Shown here piece after piece: positions 38,811 to 52,735 of a DNA stretch of 64,000 nucleotides (positions within the stretch are counted from its first letter, which is position 1; the number at the start of each line of letters is the position of its first letter). The translations under genes were made by a program, and so were the position numbers. Origin of the DNA: Octopus vulgaris (lineage: Eukaryota); contig OX597831.1 in NCBI GenBank assembly GCA_951406725.2, positions 65,782,001-65,846,000 of the forward strand. The letters run 5' to 3'. A model generated the notes under the pieces. It was not told the DNA's origin, made no database searches, and worked only from the letters and a program-made list of their open reading frames with translations.

Positions 38811-39325
38811 ATTTTTTAGGATTAAATAACAAAACAATAATATATATATGTATCTATATATATGAAGACATCATAAAGAAGAACGTAGAATTATACATCT
38901 TCAAACTATGTCTATTACAATATCAATCTCATTAAATTCACATTAGATTCCAATCTGACACATATTCCTGCTGCATAGGTGTCCTAATGTCCTTTCATGC
39001 AGCATTTATGTCTATTTGGTTGTTTCTGTTGCAGTACAAATTCATCCAGGGTAGATATTCCTATGCTGCTTTGCTCGAGGTTTGACCTGAGCAGGTGAGT
39101 GGAGCAAACTGAGGAATCCAGTGTTAGGGAGTCCTTCTTAAGCTATTTTCTAGATGAAGGATCATAAAATCCTAGGGGTTTCATGATAACAGTGATTGCT
39201 TTGAAGTATGATATGGTTATAGTTTTGGTGCTAATTTTTCGAATTTACCACGCAGATGCGCAACTCAATCAGCACTAAATAAATAAATTGCCGATTTTCT
39301 TCCAGAATTAGCTAAAAAACATTTA

Positions 39326-39360
<35 letters not shown>

Positions 39361-39362
<2 letters not shown>

Positions 39363-39650
39363 TCATCATCATCATTGTCGTTTAACGTCTGCTTTCCATG
39401 CTAGCAAGAGTTAGACAGTTTGATTGAGAACTGGCAAACCAGGAGGCTGCACCAGGCTCCAATCTGATTTGGCAAGGTCTCTACAGCTGGATGCCCTTCC
39501 AAATGCCAACCACTCCAAGAGTGTAGTGGGCACTTTTTATGTGCCACCGGTACAGGAGCCAGTGAGCTGGCACTGGCATTGGCCATGCTCATAAGGTGCT
39601 TTTTATGTGCCACCAGCATGGGTACCAGTCAGGTGGCACTGGCATCAGCT
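39361..39650 (-). mobile_element. Family C (RTE tail)
   Basis: CATCATCAT...CCATGCTAGCA and GTGCCACC modules. Confidence 0.8.
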
Positions 39651-39684
39651 ACATATTTTATATCTATCTTTTATATATATGTGT

Positions 39685-39840
39685 CCCATGCTGAGGCACC
39701 ACCTTGCTCTAGTCAAATGTATCAACCCCAGTGCTTATTTTTTAAAGCCTGGTAGTTATTCCATCACACTCTTTTGCTGAACTGCTATGTTATCGGGACA
39801 TAAATACAGCAACACCGGTTGTCAAGTGGTGTGGGGGAGA

Positions 39841-39883
<43 letters not shown>

Positions 39884-40043
39884 GTATATATGTATACATA
39901 CATATATAGTATGAGCTTCATTCGGTTTCCATTTACCAAATTCACTCACAAGAAGACACTTGCCCAAGATGCTATGCAGTAGGACTGAACCTGGAACCAT
40001 GCAGTTGGGAAGCAAGCTTCCTACCACACAACCATGCCTGCAC
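39685..40043 (-). mobile_element. Diverged SINE family B
   Basis: GAAGACACTTGCCCAAG and GGACTGAACC motifs. Confidence 0.75.
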
Positions 40044-40913
40044 CTATATATATATATATTTATTCTTTTATTTGTTTCAATCATTTAACTGCAGCCAGGA
40101 CTTATTCTTTGTAAGCCTAGTATATGTGTGTGTGTGTGTGTATGTGTATATATATATATGAGGTTTGTATCAAATGAAGAGAGGAGGTGATGTTGGTGTC
40201 AGCTGAAGAGCAGAGGTGAGTTGAGCCCATGTGGTGCAAGGGAATGAAGTGAGAAGATAAATACCTGTTCACAGTGAAGGCGTGAATCCGGATGGCCCCT
40301 GTGCAAAGACAGTCCGAACACAAACAGATGTTGTAGCAGAGCGGAAATGGCACAAGACCTGGGTGTCATTGCTAAGTCTGATGTCTCAGAGGTGCTCTAT
40401 AAACTGGTCAGTCAAGCAGTGCAAAATGAGTTAGAATAAAGAAATAGATGTGTCAGCTTTCTAACAGAAAATAAAGATGGTCAAAAAATAATAATAATGA
40501 TGCAAAATGAGCAGCTGTCAAAGTTTATCTTACTACAAATTTCAACAAATTTGTAGTACAAAGTTTACCTTACTACAAATTTCATACTTGACGATTTAAT
40601 ATATATAATGGGCCTCCACACAGTTTCCATCAACAAAATTCACTTACAAGGTAGCATAGCCTAGGGCTATGCTAGAAGACACTTGCTCAAAGTGCTGCAT
40701 AGTGGGACTGAACCCAAAACCATGTGGTTGCAAAGCAAACTTCCTGACCACATATATTGCCAGGCTTTTACAATTCTGGGCTGGACAAGCTACCACTAAA
40801 ATGACAAAAGTGTTTTGACAATATGAGTGCATATTTTGATGAATAAAACTATTCCTTGCATTTAAAAATATTGGCAAACTTTTTTCTTCTCTACAAATTT
40901 CATACTTGACAAC

Positions 40914-40949
<36 letters not shown>

Positions 40950-40976
40950 TGCATTATATATAAATATATATATATG

Positions 40977-41151
40977 TGCAGGCATGACTGTGTATTGAGT
41001 AGGTTGCTTACCAAACACATGGCTCTAGTTTCAGTTCCACTGTGTGGCACCTTGGGCAAGTGTCTTCTACTATAGTCTCAGGGTGATCAAAGCCTTGTGA
41101 GTGGATTTGGTAGATGGAAGCTGAAAGAAGCCCGTTGTGTGTGTGTGTGTT

Positions 41152-41199
<48 letters not shown>

Positions 41200-41363
41200 T
41201 GTGTCTGTGTTTGTCCCTGCCCCATTGCTTGACAGCCAATGTTGGTGTGTTTACATCACTGTAACTTAGTGGTTTGGCAAAAAGAGACTGATAGAATAAG
41301 TACTAGGCTTACAAAGAATAAGTCCTGGCTGCAGTTAAATGATTGAAACAAATAAAAGAATAA
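40977..41363 (+). mobile_element. SINE family B
   Basis: Match to family consensus. Confidence 0.88.
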
Positions 41364-41719
41364 ATATATATATATATATATATATTTAAAAAAGGAGATG
41401 TGGAACACGAGTTGTGATATATAAAAAAGGAAATGAAGAAAATGCTGACAAAATAATTTAAGTAATTTAAGTAATTTAATTAGGTGATAGTTCTTTTTAC
41501 CGGTTGCGCATTTGTTATGCTTATCAAAAGATTAGAGTTCCTTTCTGATAGATTTTTTTCTTCTTATCTGACTTTATGTTGGGTTTGCTCTCTCTTATAT
41601 GTGAAAAAAGAGGCTCCAGAGTTGTTTAAGATTTGCTTGGGTTCGCGCCTAAAATTTCTTGTGGACAATGGTCAATTATATTGATTGGTCATTATGAAGG
41701 GGTCACGATGCGCTTTGCG

Positions 41720-41940
41720 TTGTTTTTTAGCTTCCAAACGACGCCACCCAGCTGGCTAAGCGAGCAGGCCAACAGAAGAAAGAGTGAGAGAAGGTTGTGG
41801 CGAAAGAGTACAGCAAGGATCGCCACCACCCCCTGCCGGAGTCCTCCTCAAGCTTTAGGTGTTTTTCGCTCAATAAACACTCACAACGCCTGGTCTGGGA
41901 ATCGAAACCGCGATCCTATGACTGTGAGACTGCTGCCTTA

Positions 41941-41943
<3 letters not shown>
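41720..41943 (-). mobile_element. SINE family A variant
   Basis: GAAAGAGTGAGAGAAGGTTGTGGCGAAAGAGT...AGCTTTAGGTGTTTTTCGCTC shared with family A. Confidence 0.7.
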
Positions 41944-42037
<94 letters not shown>

Positions 42038-43104
42038 GCAATGTTAGGATTTTTTGTGAAATTTAAAATAATCAAGTGCCTATCAGGACTTCTGTAAAAC
42101 TCAGTGTGTTTAGAGATTAGCAAAATATTAGATTGTTGGTTGATTTCTGTCTAAATCCCCTTATGATTCAACGAACGAAAGAATAAGGACCAGATTTGAA
42201 AGTAAGTACAAATGTTGATTTGCTCAAAGTGGTGATCTAATATAGCCATGGTCCAATGGTTGTAACAAGTAAAAGAAAAGAAAAAAATATACGTGTGTGT
42301 GTGTGTGTTTGTGTGTGTATACAAGTGTCACTACATAAACCTGATGATTGCATAACACATGAAAGTACTAGTTTATTCCAATATAATAAGATTGTAAAAT
42401 TGCAAATAATAAAACATGAAAATCAGACAAGTTCCAAAAGTTGGAATTTTATTGATTAATATATATATATGATCAGATTGGAGCCTGGTGCAGCCATCTG
42501 GTTTGCCAGTCCTCAGTCAAATCATCCAAACCATGCTAGCATGGAAACCGGACATCAAACGATGATGGTGATGATGATATCAACACATACTTTTGTGTTT
42601 ACTCCTGGTGCATGTGGACAAGTGTCTTCTATTATTGCCCTGGATTGACCAAAGTCTTGCGAGTGGATTTGGTGGACAGAAACTGAAACCCGTTTGTGTG
42701 TGTGTGTGTGCGCGTGTACGTGCAAGCACATGTGTGTGTGTGTAAGGGGTGTTTATATGCTATTGTCTGTAAGCAAGCGTCACTGTAATACAAGTGGTAT
42801 GATTTGCTTCTAGTTCTCAAGGAAAATATTTCTGGCCATAGGAAAATATTCTCTAGCTCGGAAATAGGTGAGGGTTAGCAGCAAAAAGGGCATCCACTCA
42901 TGGAATATCTGCCTTAACAAATTCTGTCTGACCCATGCAAGCATGAAAAAGTAGATGTTAAAATGACAATGAAGATACACACAAGCATCATATCTATATA
43001 TATTCTTGTATTTATATATGTATGTCTGTATTAATTTGTATACATATACCTGTATTTATATATGGGCATATTTGTGTATTCATATATATATATATATACA
43101 TGAT

Positions 43105-43280
43105 AGATCGTTAGCCATTACACATATTTTTTCTCTCCTTGTTTTTTCTGTGTCCCTTTCTGTAGAAGAGCATAGGCTCGAAATGTAAAAGACTTTTTCT
43201 ATTCCTGAGCATTATACTAATACATCGGTTTGTTTTGTACACCACCTGTCTTCGTCTTTTGTTTTTTTTGTAAACTCTCC

Positions 43281-43285
<5 letters not shown>
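43105..43285 (+). mobile_element. Penelope-like terminal-repeat fragment (tentative)
   Basis: TA-flanked; CTGTAGA-AGAGC-ATAG-GCTC-GAAA hammerhead-like core at 43160-43183. Confidence 0.4.
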
Positions 43286-43332
<47 letters not shown>

Positions 43333-45037
43333 TATATGTCTATGTATATGTCCACACTTTTTAGTCCTTAAAAGGAAGAAACTGGTTGCAGCTATGTGAT
43401 ATTTAAATGACACTAAAGAACTTTTGAAAAGATATTTTACTATTCTCTGAACACATTGAGTTTTACAAACGTCCTGATAAGCACTTTTTTTTGATTATTT
43501 TAAATTTTACTAAATATCCAAATTGTCCAAGAGCATTACGGAATTATTTATTAATATAACCAACTTACAAACAGAAAACTATTATGAAGATATAGAAGTT
43601 GTACAGTTTTGAGACAACTATTTGTAAATAGACTCCTTTTCACTAACTTTTCATGAGACATTCACATCTGATAGTCAACTAAGTTCTGCAACAATATTGT
43701 GCTTTTTTTCTGGCTTTAAATGGTTTTGTTATGTTGGAATTTGGAGGGAACTTAGATTGGAATGTCCTATCAATATCTTTTATGTAGGTGTGAGTATTCT
43801 CTAATCAGCTGCATTGTTTATATTTATTCCCAAGGCAATCATTCCCACAGACGGAACTGTGTATTGTTTTCATTAGAACATCATGTAGTATAAGAATATA
43901 ATACATGAAGCAACTGCTGATTATAATGTAATGTCCGCCATAGAAAAGGAGGTACAGTGTTAGTTTGTACATATCTGTATGGTTTGTAGTTATATTGCTA
44001 AATTTTATTCTTCCTTTGAAACACAATGAAAGCCAGGTGAATATTTTCACAAAGTGAAAATTTTCTCTCGTATGACTTTAGACAATGCCAGACATTTCTG
44101 TGCATTAGTATATCAGAGTGTCTCTGTGTGTGTATGGTGTATATATGTGTGATTGTATCTGTATATATACATGCATGTATGTCTGTATGTGTGTGCATAT
44201 GCATGTGTATGTATTTATATATATATCTTTACATGTATGTATTTGTTTGCATGTAGGTATGTTACTTTTCTTTCTAATTCTTTTGAATTGCTCTAACAAA
44301 GAAACAAATCTCCACCATTAAAATTTAGATAACAACATCAGTAAAGAATCGCACGTTCAATTTTAGAAAAGTCTGGCATATTCTGTTATTAAAAATCAAA
44401 AATTTTCCAAGTATAAGTGAAAGTATCATTTTCTGCACTTGTGAACCACAGACTGTTATTTAGACACTGTGTAATGCAACCAACCAATGCCTATAATTAC
44501 AGGTACAAATTACCATCATCTTTGTTTAATATCAACTTGCCCATATATGCATTCGTTAGATGGAATTTATTGAAGCAGATTTTCTATAACCAGTTACCAC
44601 TCCTGTCACCAATCATTACCTGTTTCCAAGCAAGATAATATTTTCCCATAACTAGATATGTTTTTCATAGATCTATATGATGACTGGCTTCTTTCAGTTT
44701 CCTTCTACCAAATCCACTAACAAGGCTTTGATTGGCCAGAGAAAAAGCAGAAGACATTTACCTGAGGTGCTGTACAGTGGGACTGAATGCAGGACAATGT
44801 GGTTGGGAAGCAAACTTCTTAACCACACATCCTTATAAACTGATTAGAGAAGTGTACAGATTTTAAAGCAGCTGACTCTGAATCATTTTCTTTCTTGATT
44901 TTGAGTGAAATGTTCAAATCCATTGGTCATCCAAACTCCACAACATTATGTAATTCTGTTTTCTCTCTCAAGTAATTATATCAAGTCTGTTGTGTTTGTC
45001 TATAGTTGAAGTTTTGAAGGGAATGCTCCATCAATAT

Positions 45038-45353
45038 ATCATCATCATCATCGTTTAACGTCCGCTTTCCATGCTAGCATGGGTTGGACGATTTTGACTG
45101 AGGGCTGATGAACCAGATGGCTGCACCAGGCTCCAATCTTGATCTGGCAGAGTTTCTACAGCAGGATGCACTTCCTAACGCCAACCACTCCGAGAGTGTA
45201 GTGGGTGCTTTTTACGTGCTACCGTACACGGGGGCCAGTCAGGCGGTACAGGCAACGACCTCACTCGAATCTTTTTACAAGTGCCACTGGGACAGGTGCC
45301 AGTGAAGCGACGTTGGTAACGATCACGCTCAAATGGTGCCCTTTTACGTGCCC
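45038..45353 (-). mobile_element. Family C (RTE tail)
   Basis: Match to family consensus. Confidence 0.82.
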
Positions 45354-45566
45354 TAAATACATGTCTCTTTTTCTGCAATTCTTCTTTCACCTCTACTTTC
45401 ACAATCATGGCAAAGACTATGTTTTGCTGAAACAGTGTAATGAGATTGCATTATGTTTGGAACTTGTCTTTTGTCTTCACCAAAAGCAATGCAAGAATAT
45501 TAGTCATTGAGCTATCATTTCCCAACTACATAAGTATTTCTAATTAGATATTTGACATCTCTTACA

Positions 45567-45965
45567 TCTTTATATATAAAAGAGAAGTTGTGTGCTGTCT
45601 GTCTCCTACGATTTAGATTCCTAACTACTCCCACATTTTGCGGTGCAGTTTAACCAAAACCGGGTATCTTATATTCGTGATTCATATCGAGCCCTTCTGG
45701 GTATTAGTGCGCGTCTACGATGAGTCTACGATTTAAAAAAAAATTTACCATCAATTTTTCTCATTTTTAATGCATTTTTGGCATATATAAGGGAAGTAAC
45801 TCTCTAAAAATTTATTATTAAATCTCAGAACGTAAAAAGCTACAGTAACACCTCCCCCCCTTTGTGGTTAGCCATATTGAGATGGCTATTATACTTTACA
45901 TCTCTAAAAATGCTTATATAGTTATTTCCCTTACAAACCCGAGCAATGCTGGGCGATACTACTAG
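45567..45965 (+). mobile_element. Non-autonomous Helitron
   Basis: A|TCTTTATATATAAA 5' end; subterminal hairpin CCCGAGCAATGCTGGG (45938-45953); CTAG|T 3' end; no TSD. Confidence 0.8.
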
Positions 45966-46482
45966 TTAAATATATTACACTCAATTATTGTTTTAAATGG
46001 AGGAATTAACCTCAGTGATTTATATTTTTATATATCTAGGCATGATTGCCTTGAGATTTATTGAAATTCCTCTTCACGAAATTCGAACTGGTTACTATAT
46101 CTTTGTGTTATTTTGGAATAATTGTAAGGTAACTAACTCCCAAATTGGTACTCTGAATGTATTAGCTTATGATCCAATAAGTACCTCAATAATTACAAGT
46201 ATAAATCTAAAGTTAATAGTCTCAGTGGGGTATCCCTATTTCGCATTTGTTCAGCATAAAAATCTATACAATCTGAGAAGCTCCTTCCCAATTCTCAGGA
46301 TGGTTTTTTCCCTCATACATAGATACTTGACCATGGATGCTTGGTGGTTTGTACATGATAACAAAGAGATATGTTGGGATATTCAAAGCAGTTTGAATCT
46401 AAAGCCATATTTAGTCTTGAAGAGACCGTTTGGATATAGAGAAGCCATATAAATAGTACACATTTATAAAATTGAAGGGACA

Positions 46483-46941
46483 TTCTTCTCTGCTCTAGGC
46501 ACAAGGCCCGAAATTTTGGGGGAGGGGGCCAGTCAATTAGATTGACTCCAGTACACAACTGGTACTTAATTTATCGACCTAGAAAGGATGAAAGGCAAAG
46601 TAGACCTTGGCGGAATTTGAACTCAGAACATAAAGACAGACGAAATACTGCTAAGCATTTTGCCCAGCATGCTAACGTTTCTGCCAAGGAACATTATTGT
46701 AAATATATATTTCTTTACTACCCACAAGGGGCTAAACATAGAGGGGACAAACAAAGACAAATGAACGGATTAAGTTGATTACATCGACCCCAGTGCGTAA
46801 CTGGTACTTAATTTATCGACCCCGAAAGGATGAAAGGCAAAGTCGATCTCGGTGGAATTCGAACCCAGAACACGTAACGGCAGACGAAATACGGCTATGC
46901 ATTTCGCCCAGCGTGCTAACGATTCTGGCAGCTTGCCGCTT
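46483..46941 (-). mobile_element. Two tandem SINE family D copies
   Basis: Meta-like core twice; target repeat AAGG(G/A)ACATT at about 46475, 46686 and 46943. Confidence 0.85.
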
Positions 46942-47239
46942 TAAGGGACATTATTGTAAATATATTCTGCTTAAATATCACTGTCAAAATAACTCAATAG
47001 ATCTCTTACCAACACTAGTTAAGAACGATCTGCCTTATGTACTTTTAAAAGTGAAATAATCTTTAATGGAATAAATTTCAGTTGCTTACATTACTCACAC
47101 TCCCAGCTCATAATACACTTACATTGGCTGTTGCTATATATAATCTCTGACAGTTCGATGTGGATGGTCAGTCTTACTGCACATCAACATCATAACAGTT
47201 GCTGTCAGGTCTTTTGCCTCCACATGGTGTTGGCATGTT

Positions 47240-47600
47240 TATTTGAGAAACATGTTAATTTCTGTTATTTGTGCACTGTTCACTCTGCGGGGAATAAAAT
47301 TATAATCAGCAATTCTTTGCTTGCGTTCAACAAATGTTGCTTGTTGGTGTAATTGCTTTGTTGTGAAATAATTTAGCTTTGTGTGAAATATGTTTCTGTA
47401 TACTTTCACTCTGTTCATGTAATTCACTGAGGGACGTTTCTTTTTTGCAATTACATAAGCATTATTGGGTTCATAACTCCAAGAAAAATATACTTTATAG
47501 TTCTGGTTTCTACTGTGACTACATCTAACAGAATTTTGTTTACCTTTTCCAATATTGTTTCTCTTTGGTTTATCTGCAGTTTTGTTGATGTTATTATCAG
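47240..47600 (-). mobile_element. Decayed R4/Dong-like LINE N-terminal region (tentative)
   Basis: YVIAKKKRPSVNYMNRVK...FTTKQLHQQATFV resembles the R4-clade ORF N-terminus. Confidence 0.4.
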
Positions 47601-48540
47601 CCATATCGTTTATAGCAAATTGCTACATGCCATATTCAAGTTTGAGATGAGTCTTGAGGAAAAGGTTTCTTTAATATATAATCAGAACGACCAGTTATAC
47701 AACATATCTAACAGTTGTGGCCATAATATTGGGGATAACATTAATTGGAATCTCAATCAACCATGTCAAGAATATGTCTATTCACATCAAGTGTGTGAAT
47801 GACTGTGTGTGTGTGTGCTTGTGAATGTATGTATGTTTGTGTGTGTATGCATGCATGCTTCTATCATATATGTAAACATGCAAGTTTCTATGCATGTATC
47901 AACAAAGAGTGTGGAGCAGCTCTCTACACCTTGCACCACATTTTGACTGGAATTCCCTGGGAGAGGCTGATACAAATAGTCCTTACAGAAATTACTAAGT
48001 GGCTGGACCTGCATAGAGCTAACCCAACAAGTTACCAAAAAGCCTCACCCACCAAAAGCTATCAAATTCATAATAGGTGATAAGGTACCTAAGGCAAAAA
48101 TAGCTGTGGGAACTCATTGTTCATTTTGCATCAGGCTGCTGAGTGGAATAGGCAAGTGGATCTAAAAGACAGACTCATCTTTTTAGGGAAGGTGTTGATA
48201 GAATTGCTCTGATCAGACATGTTTCTTTTATGAAAATGGTCATTATGGCTGTATTCACAATACTCTGGGAGGACAGACTTGACATTTCTCAAATGTTGAC
48301 GGAAGCCAACTGGGAAACATGCATGTCAGATGAGGCCAACAATGGAAGTTGTGGTTACCAAGAGGTTGCAGACGTAAGACTTCAGTAAGTGAATGTAAAG
48401 CATATAGGCTGTGGGGCAAAACGAGTTTAAGACGCCTACTGATGATACAAAAAGGTTCCCAATATTGCAATAGCAATAGTTACCATCAAAAGAAGAGTTT
48501 GCAGTATCTTTAAGTAGCTTCTACATGTATGTATGTACGT

Positions 48541-48848
48541 GGTGGTGGTTGTTCCTTCTTGAGCCATGCCTGGCTCATAAGGGCCGGTTTCCCGGCTTCA
48601 TGGCATATAGGTTCCCCATCTAGACGGGACGCCGGTCCATCGCAGGTGAGCTGCAAGATGCAGGAGGAAAGAGTGAGAGAAAGTTGTGGCGAAAGAGTCA
48701 GCAGAAGTTTCGCCATTACCTTCTGCCATAACTGCGTGGAGCTTAAGTGTTTCACTCATAAACACACACATCGCCCGGTCTGAGATTCAAACCCACGATT
48801 CCTCAACCGCAAGTCCGCTGCTCTAACCACTGGGCCATGTGCCTCCAC
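48541..48848 (-). mobile_element. SINE family A
   Basis: Full-length copy inserted in a TATG repeat. Confidence 0.9.
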
Positions 48849-49269
48849 TATGTATGTATGTATGTATGTATGTATGTGTGCATGCATGTATGTATGTATG
48901 TATGTATGTATGTATGTATGTATGTATGTATGTATTTATGTATGTGTGCATGCATGTATGTGTTTGTATCTATGTATCAGTTCATGTATTTGTGTAGAGT
49001 TACGTATTTGGTATGTGTACATACTACAGACTAAACTCCTGGAATGTTTCACATATTTTTCACAATTCCATTAATGGCAGGTAACTGTAATTTCTACCCC
49101 TAACCCTAGCCTTCTTTTTGGTTTTGTGAGAGATTTTATAATTGGTAATGTGCCAATTAGTTACATAACTAAGTACCCCACTAATCATTTATAGAAATCT
49201 AAAGTTATAGCAAGTCTGGATGTAGCATCTACAAATTTCTCATAAGGTCATAAAGGCTTTCTTTTTCTT

Positions 49270-49470
49270 TTCTCTGTCTGTCTGTCAGTATGTCTGTCTG
49301 TCTGTATGTATATATGTATATTTGTTTGTATGTATGAATACATGTATGTATGTATGTATGTATGTATGTATGTATGTATGTATGTTTGTATGTATGTATG
49401 TATGTATGTTTGTATGTATGTATGTATGTATGTATGTATGTATGTATGTATGTATGCATGTATGTATGTA

Positions 49471-49501
<31 letters not shown>

Positions 49502-49822
49502 TGCATGCATGCATGCATGTATGTTTGTATGTATGTTTGTATGTATGTATGTATGTATGTATGTATGTATGTATGCATGCATGCATGTATGTATGTATGT
49601 TTGTTTGTATGTATGAATGCATGTATATATGTATGTATGCATGTATGCATGTATGTGTATATGTATGTATGTTTGTTTGTTTGTATGTATGTATGTATGC
49701 ATGCATGCATGTATGTATATATGTTTGTTTGTATGTATAATTATGTATGTCTAGTGTGTATGTATGCATGCAATGTATGTGTGCGTAAGTATGTATACAT
49801 ACATACATGTGTACATACATGT
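49270..49822. repeat. (TATG)n microsatellite field
   Basis: Direct inspection. Confidence 0.95.
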
Positions 49823-50261
49823 AAGCCTTCTCTTTTTGATAGGAGTTTTAGAGCATATTTAGACAAGCAACCTGCATAGCAGCAAGATCATAAAGAAAGA
49901 TTGTTTTCCCAATTTGAAAAAAAAAAGAAAAAAAAAAATGAGAGATTATTTATTCTCAGAAAGCCAAATATAGGTGTCAGGATATGCACTGAAAATGTGG
50001 TCTGAATGATATTAAGTTGTTATGGGCTGAGAGTTCTGACAAGTATATTTTTTTCACCTAAGTTTTCATTTTTTGACCCCTGCTAATTAATCAGAGTAGC
50101 TATCATAACTGATAGCTTGAACCTGTCCAAGATTCTTTTGAGTCCTCACCTAAAATGTACCGGCTATATTTACAAGCTATTCAAGTTTAACTTTGTTGGG
50201 GTCGGGAAGCAAAAAGAAATGCATTTTATCTCAACTTATCTTACAAAATGTACATTTGGAT

Positions 50262-50482
50262 TACTCTTTTAGTTGTTTCAGTCATTTGACTGTGACCATG
50301 CTGGAGCACCGCCTTTAGTCAAGCAAATCAACCCCAGGACTTATTCTTTGTAGGCCTAGTACTTATACTATTGGTCTCTTTTGCCGAACCGCTAAGTGAC
50401 GGGGACATAAACACACCAGCATCGGTTGTCAAGCGATGTTGGGAGGACAAACACAGACACACAAACATATACACACACATAC

Positions 50483-50572
<90 letters not shown>

Positions 50573-50963
50573 TATATATTTGGTAGTAATGACTTTGTCC
50601 CTCTTAGTGTGAGGCATTTATGTGTAATAATGCCCTCTATACAATATAGATATAATTAATTTGTTCAAAGGAAAAAAATTATTTTCGAATTCTTTTCTTT
50701 TATGAGGTTTTCACGCTAACTACCCGATAATTTCTTGTTAAGATTCCTTATTAAGAGGTTATCCTCAATTGTTAAACTTATATATATATATACATATATA
50801 CAACAGGCTTCTTTCAGTTTCTGTCTACCAAATCTACTCACAAGGCTTTGGTCAGCCCGAGGCTATAGTAGAAGACACTTGCCCAAGGTGCCACGCAGTG
50901 GGATTGAACCCAGAACCATGTGGTTGGCAAGCAAGCTACTTACCGCACAGCCACCCCTGCGCC
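50262..50963 (-). mobile_element. SINE family B split by an insert of about 215 bp in its central TA tract
   Basis: 3' half 50262-50470, 5' half 50800-50963, unrelated sequence at 50570-50785. Confidence 0.82.
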
Positions 50964-51420
50964 TTCCTCAAATTTTATTCCAGTCTCCTATAATATTGGA
51001 TAATAAGATACAATTACTTTTTGATATGGCTGATATTTGGCCCAAAGCAGCTGCAAGTTGTCTACAAAGAAATAATGAAAAATATTTTTAGATCCATTCC
51101 TGACTTACTACATTTTGTGATAAGGAATTTAATAAAAAGATACAAAAGCATTGTGACAAGCCATCATCTTGCTGACTGCTTTATTATTAATATATAGCAT
51201 CATCTTTGATTTGTTTGTTGCCACCTTTGAGAAGTAAATCATTAAACCAAATTTTGCAGGATTTTGGCTAATTGTGATTCTTTAATAATCCACCCACATT
51301 GTAAACTATCAAATGCTTTCCCGTAGTCCAGCTATACCACAGCTAAGTCCCTCGTCTTCTAAAGAATGTTTCTTCCTGTTGTATCATTTAATTGGTATAT
51401 AGCTATCCTATATAGTCCCA

Positions 51421-51710
51421 TGGAGGCACATGGCCTAGTGGTTAGAGCAGCAGACTCACGGTCATGGGATCGCGGGTTTGAATCTCAGACCGGGCGATGT
51501 GTGTGTTTATGAGCTTCATACGGCTCCGGCAGGAGGTAATGGCAAAACTTCTGCTGACTCTTTTGCCACAACTTTCTCTCATTCTTTCCTCCTGCATCTT
51601 GCAGCTCACCTGCGACGGACCGGCGTACCGTCCAGTTGGGGAACCTATACGCCAAGAAACCGGTAAACCGGCCTTTATGAGCCAGGCATGGCTCGAGAAG
51701 GAATAAACAA
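51421..51710 (+). mobile_element. SINE family A
   Basis: TSD ATATAGTCCCA at 51410-51420 and 51711-51721. Confidence 0.9.
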
Positions 51711-51769
51711 ATATAGTCCCACACTGCTTTCTTTGTCCCAATTTGCTTGGGCCTTATAATACTGTTGAT

Positions 51770-51960
51770 GACACATTTGTCTTGTAAAAAAGCAGACTGA
51801 GTTACCAGTGTTTATCTTGCACATGATGTTCTCACAAACCATTGGGCAGTATGTTTGAGTTAAGTGATTTGGCTAAATTTTTCGAATAAGAACAGTAATA
51901 TCAGTCAACAGCCATTTCAGTACATTAAATGCACTCTTGATATCCTTTCCCTATGATGCT
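51770..51960 (-). mobile_element. Decayed R4/Dong-like RT fragment
   Basis: LKWLLTDITVLIRK...TYCPMVCENIMCKINTG resembles the WL..G.T.LIPK...YRPI.C.N..YK motif. Confidence 0.5.
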
Positions 51961-52488
51961 ATAAATAAAAAATCAGAATCTTGTATCAATGTTACGAGAT
52001 ACGGTTCTGAAGAGTTGCCGTTTGTTATTTTCCTTCGTATTGTTTCCAGTCCTGTGCTATTAATTAATATTGTTTTATTCAACGTATTTATAGCAGTTCT
52101 GCTCTAGTTATTCTATCTACATTGTATACTTGCTGAACTTATTTTTTTAACCACAAATAGACTTCCAGTAACTTTCAACTTGTCCTTTTGATGAGTTGTC
52201 TTTTACAGAGATTTTATAGTTCACATTCACTGACAAATGATGTATTCAACATTTTGTATGTGTAATATGTAGACTTATATTTTTATATTTAAACATTGAT
52301 GGTTAATTCTTTTTTCAGCTGATGTAGTTTAAAGTTTCAAATTTTGTGCATCTAAACTACTTGGCTAAATTCTGTTTTACACACTTTTATACACTTTTCT
52401 GTTTTATGACTGGCTTGTCTATGTTAAATTTTGTAACAATGAGAATTTGTGAAAAGCTATTTCACAGAAATATAATTTTACTTTTTAA

Positions 52489-52735
52489 CCCTTTCATTAC
52501 CGTATTTATTTTGAGATGTTCTGTGTTTCTTTCAATTACTTATAACAAAGAATTTAGTAAAATATAACAAAGAATTTAGTGAAATAACTTAGTTATCATT
52601 AAGCTAGTGTTAGGAACATAAATTGTGATTAAGATGGAAGGAAGATGGTGGAAGATTTTAATTCAAAACTTATGAAAACAAAACATTTGTATTATAGAGC
52701 CAGAGCTGGTTTCAGCCGGGCTGGTAATGAAAGGG
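52489..52735. mobile_element. piggyBac-type MITE
   Basis: TTAA|CCCTTTCATTAC...GTAATGAAAGGG|TTAA. Confidence 0.88.

Noticed and set aside
38850-39250. Possible restriction-like endonuclease end of a CRE/R2-type element on minus
   Set aside because: Too degenerate to support by eye
40292-40312. U6 snRNA-like stretch ATGGCCCCTGTGCAAAGA
   Set aside because: Match is under 20 nt; no ACAGAGA box or U6 ends at the correct spacing
45997-46452. 151-aa ORF in non-microsatellite DNA
   Set aside because: No recognisable motif; may be the antisense of a decayed LINE continuing from 47240-47600
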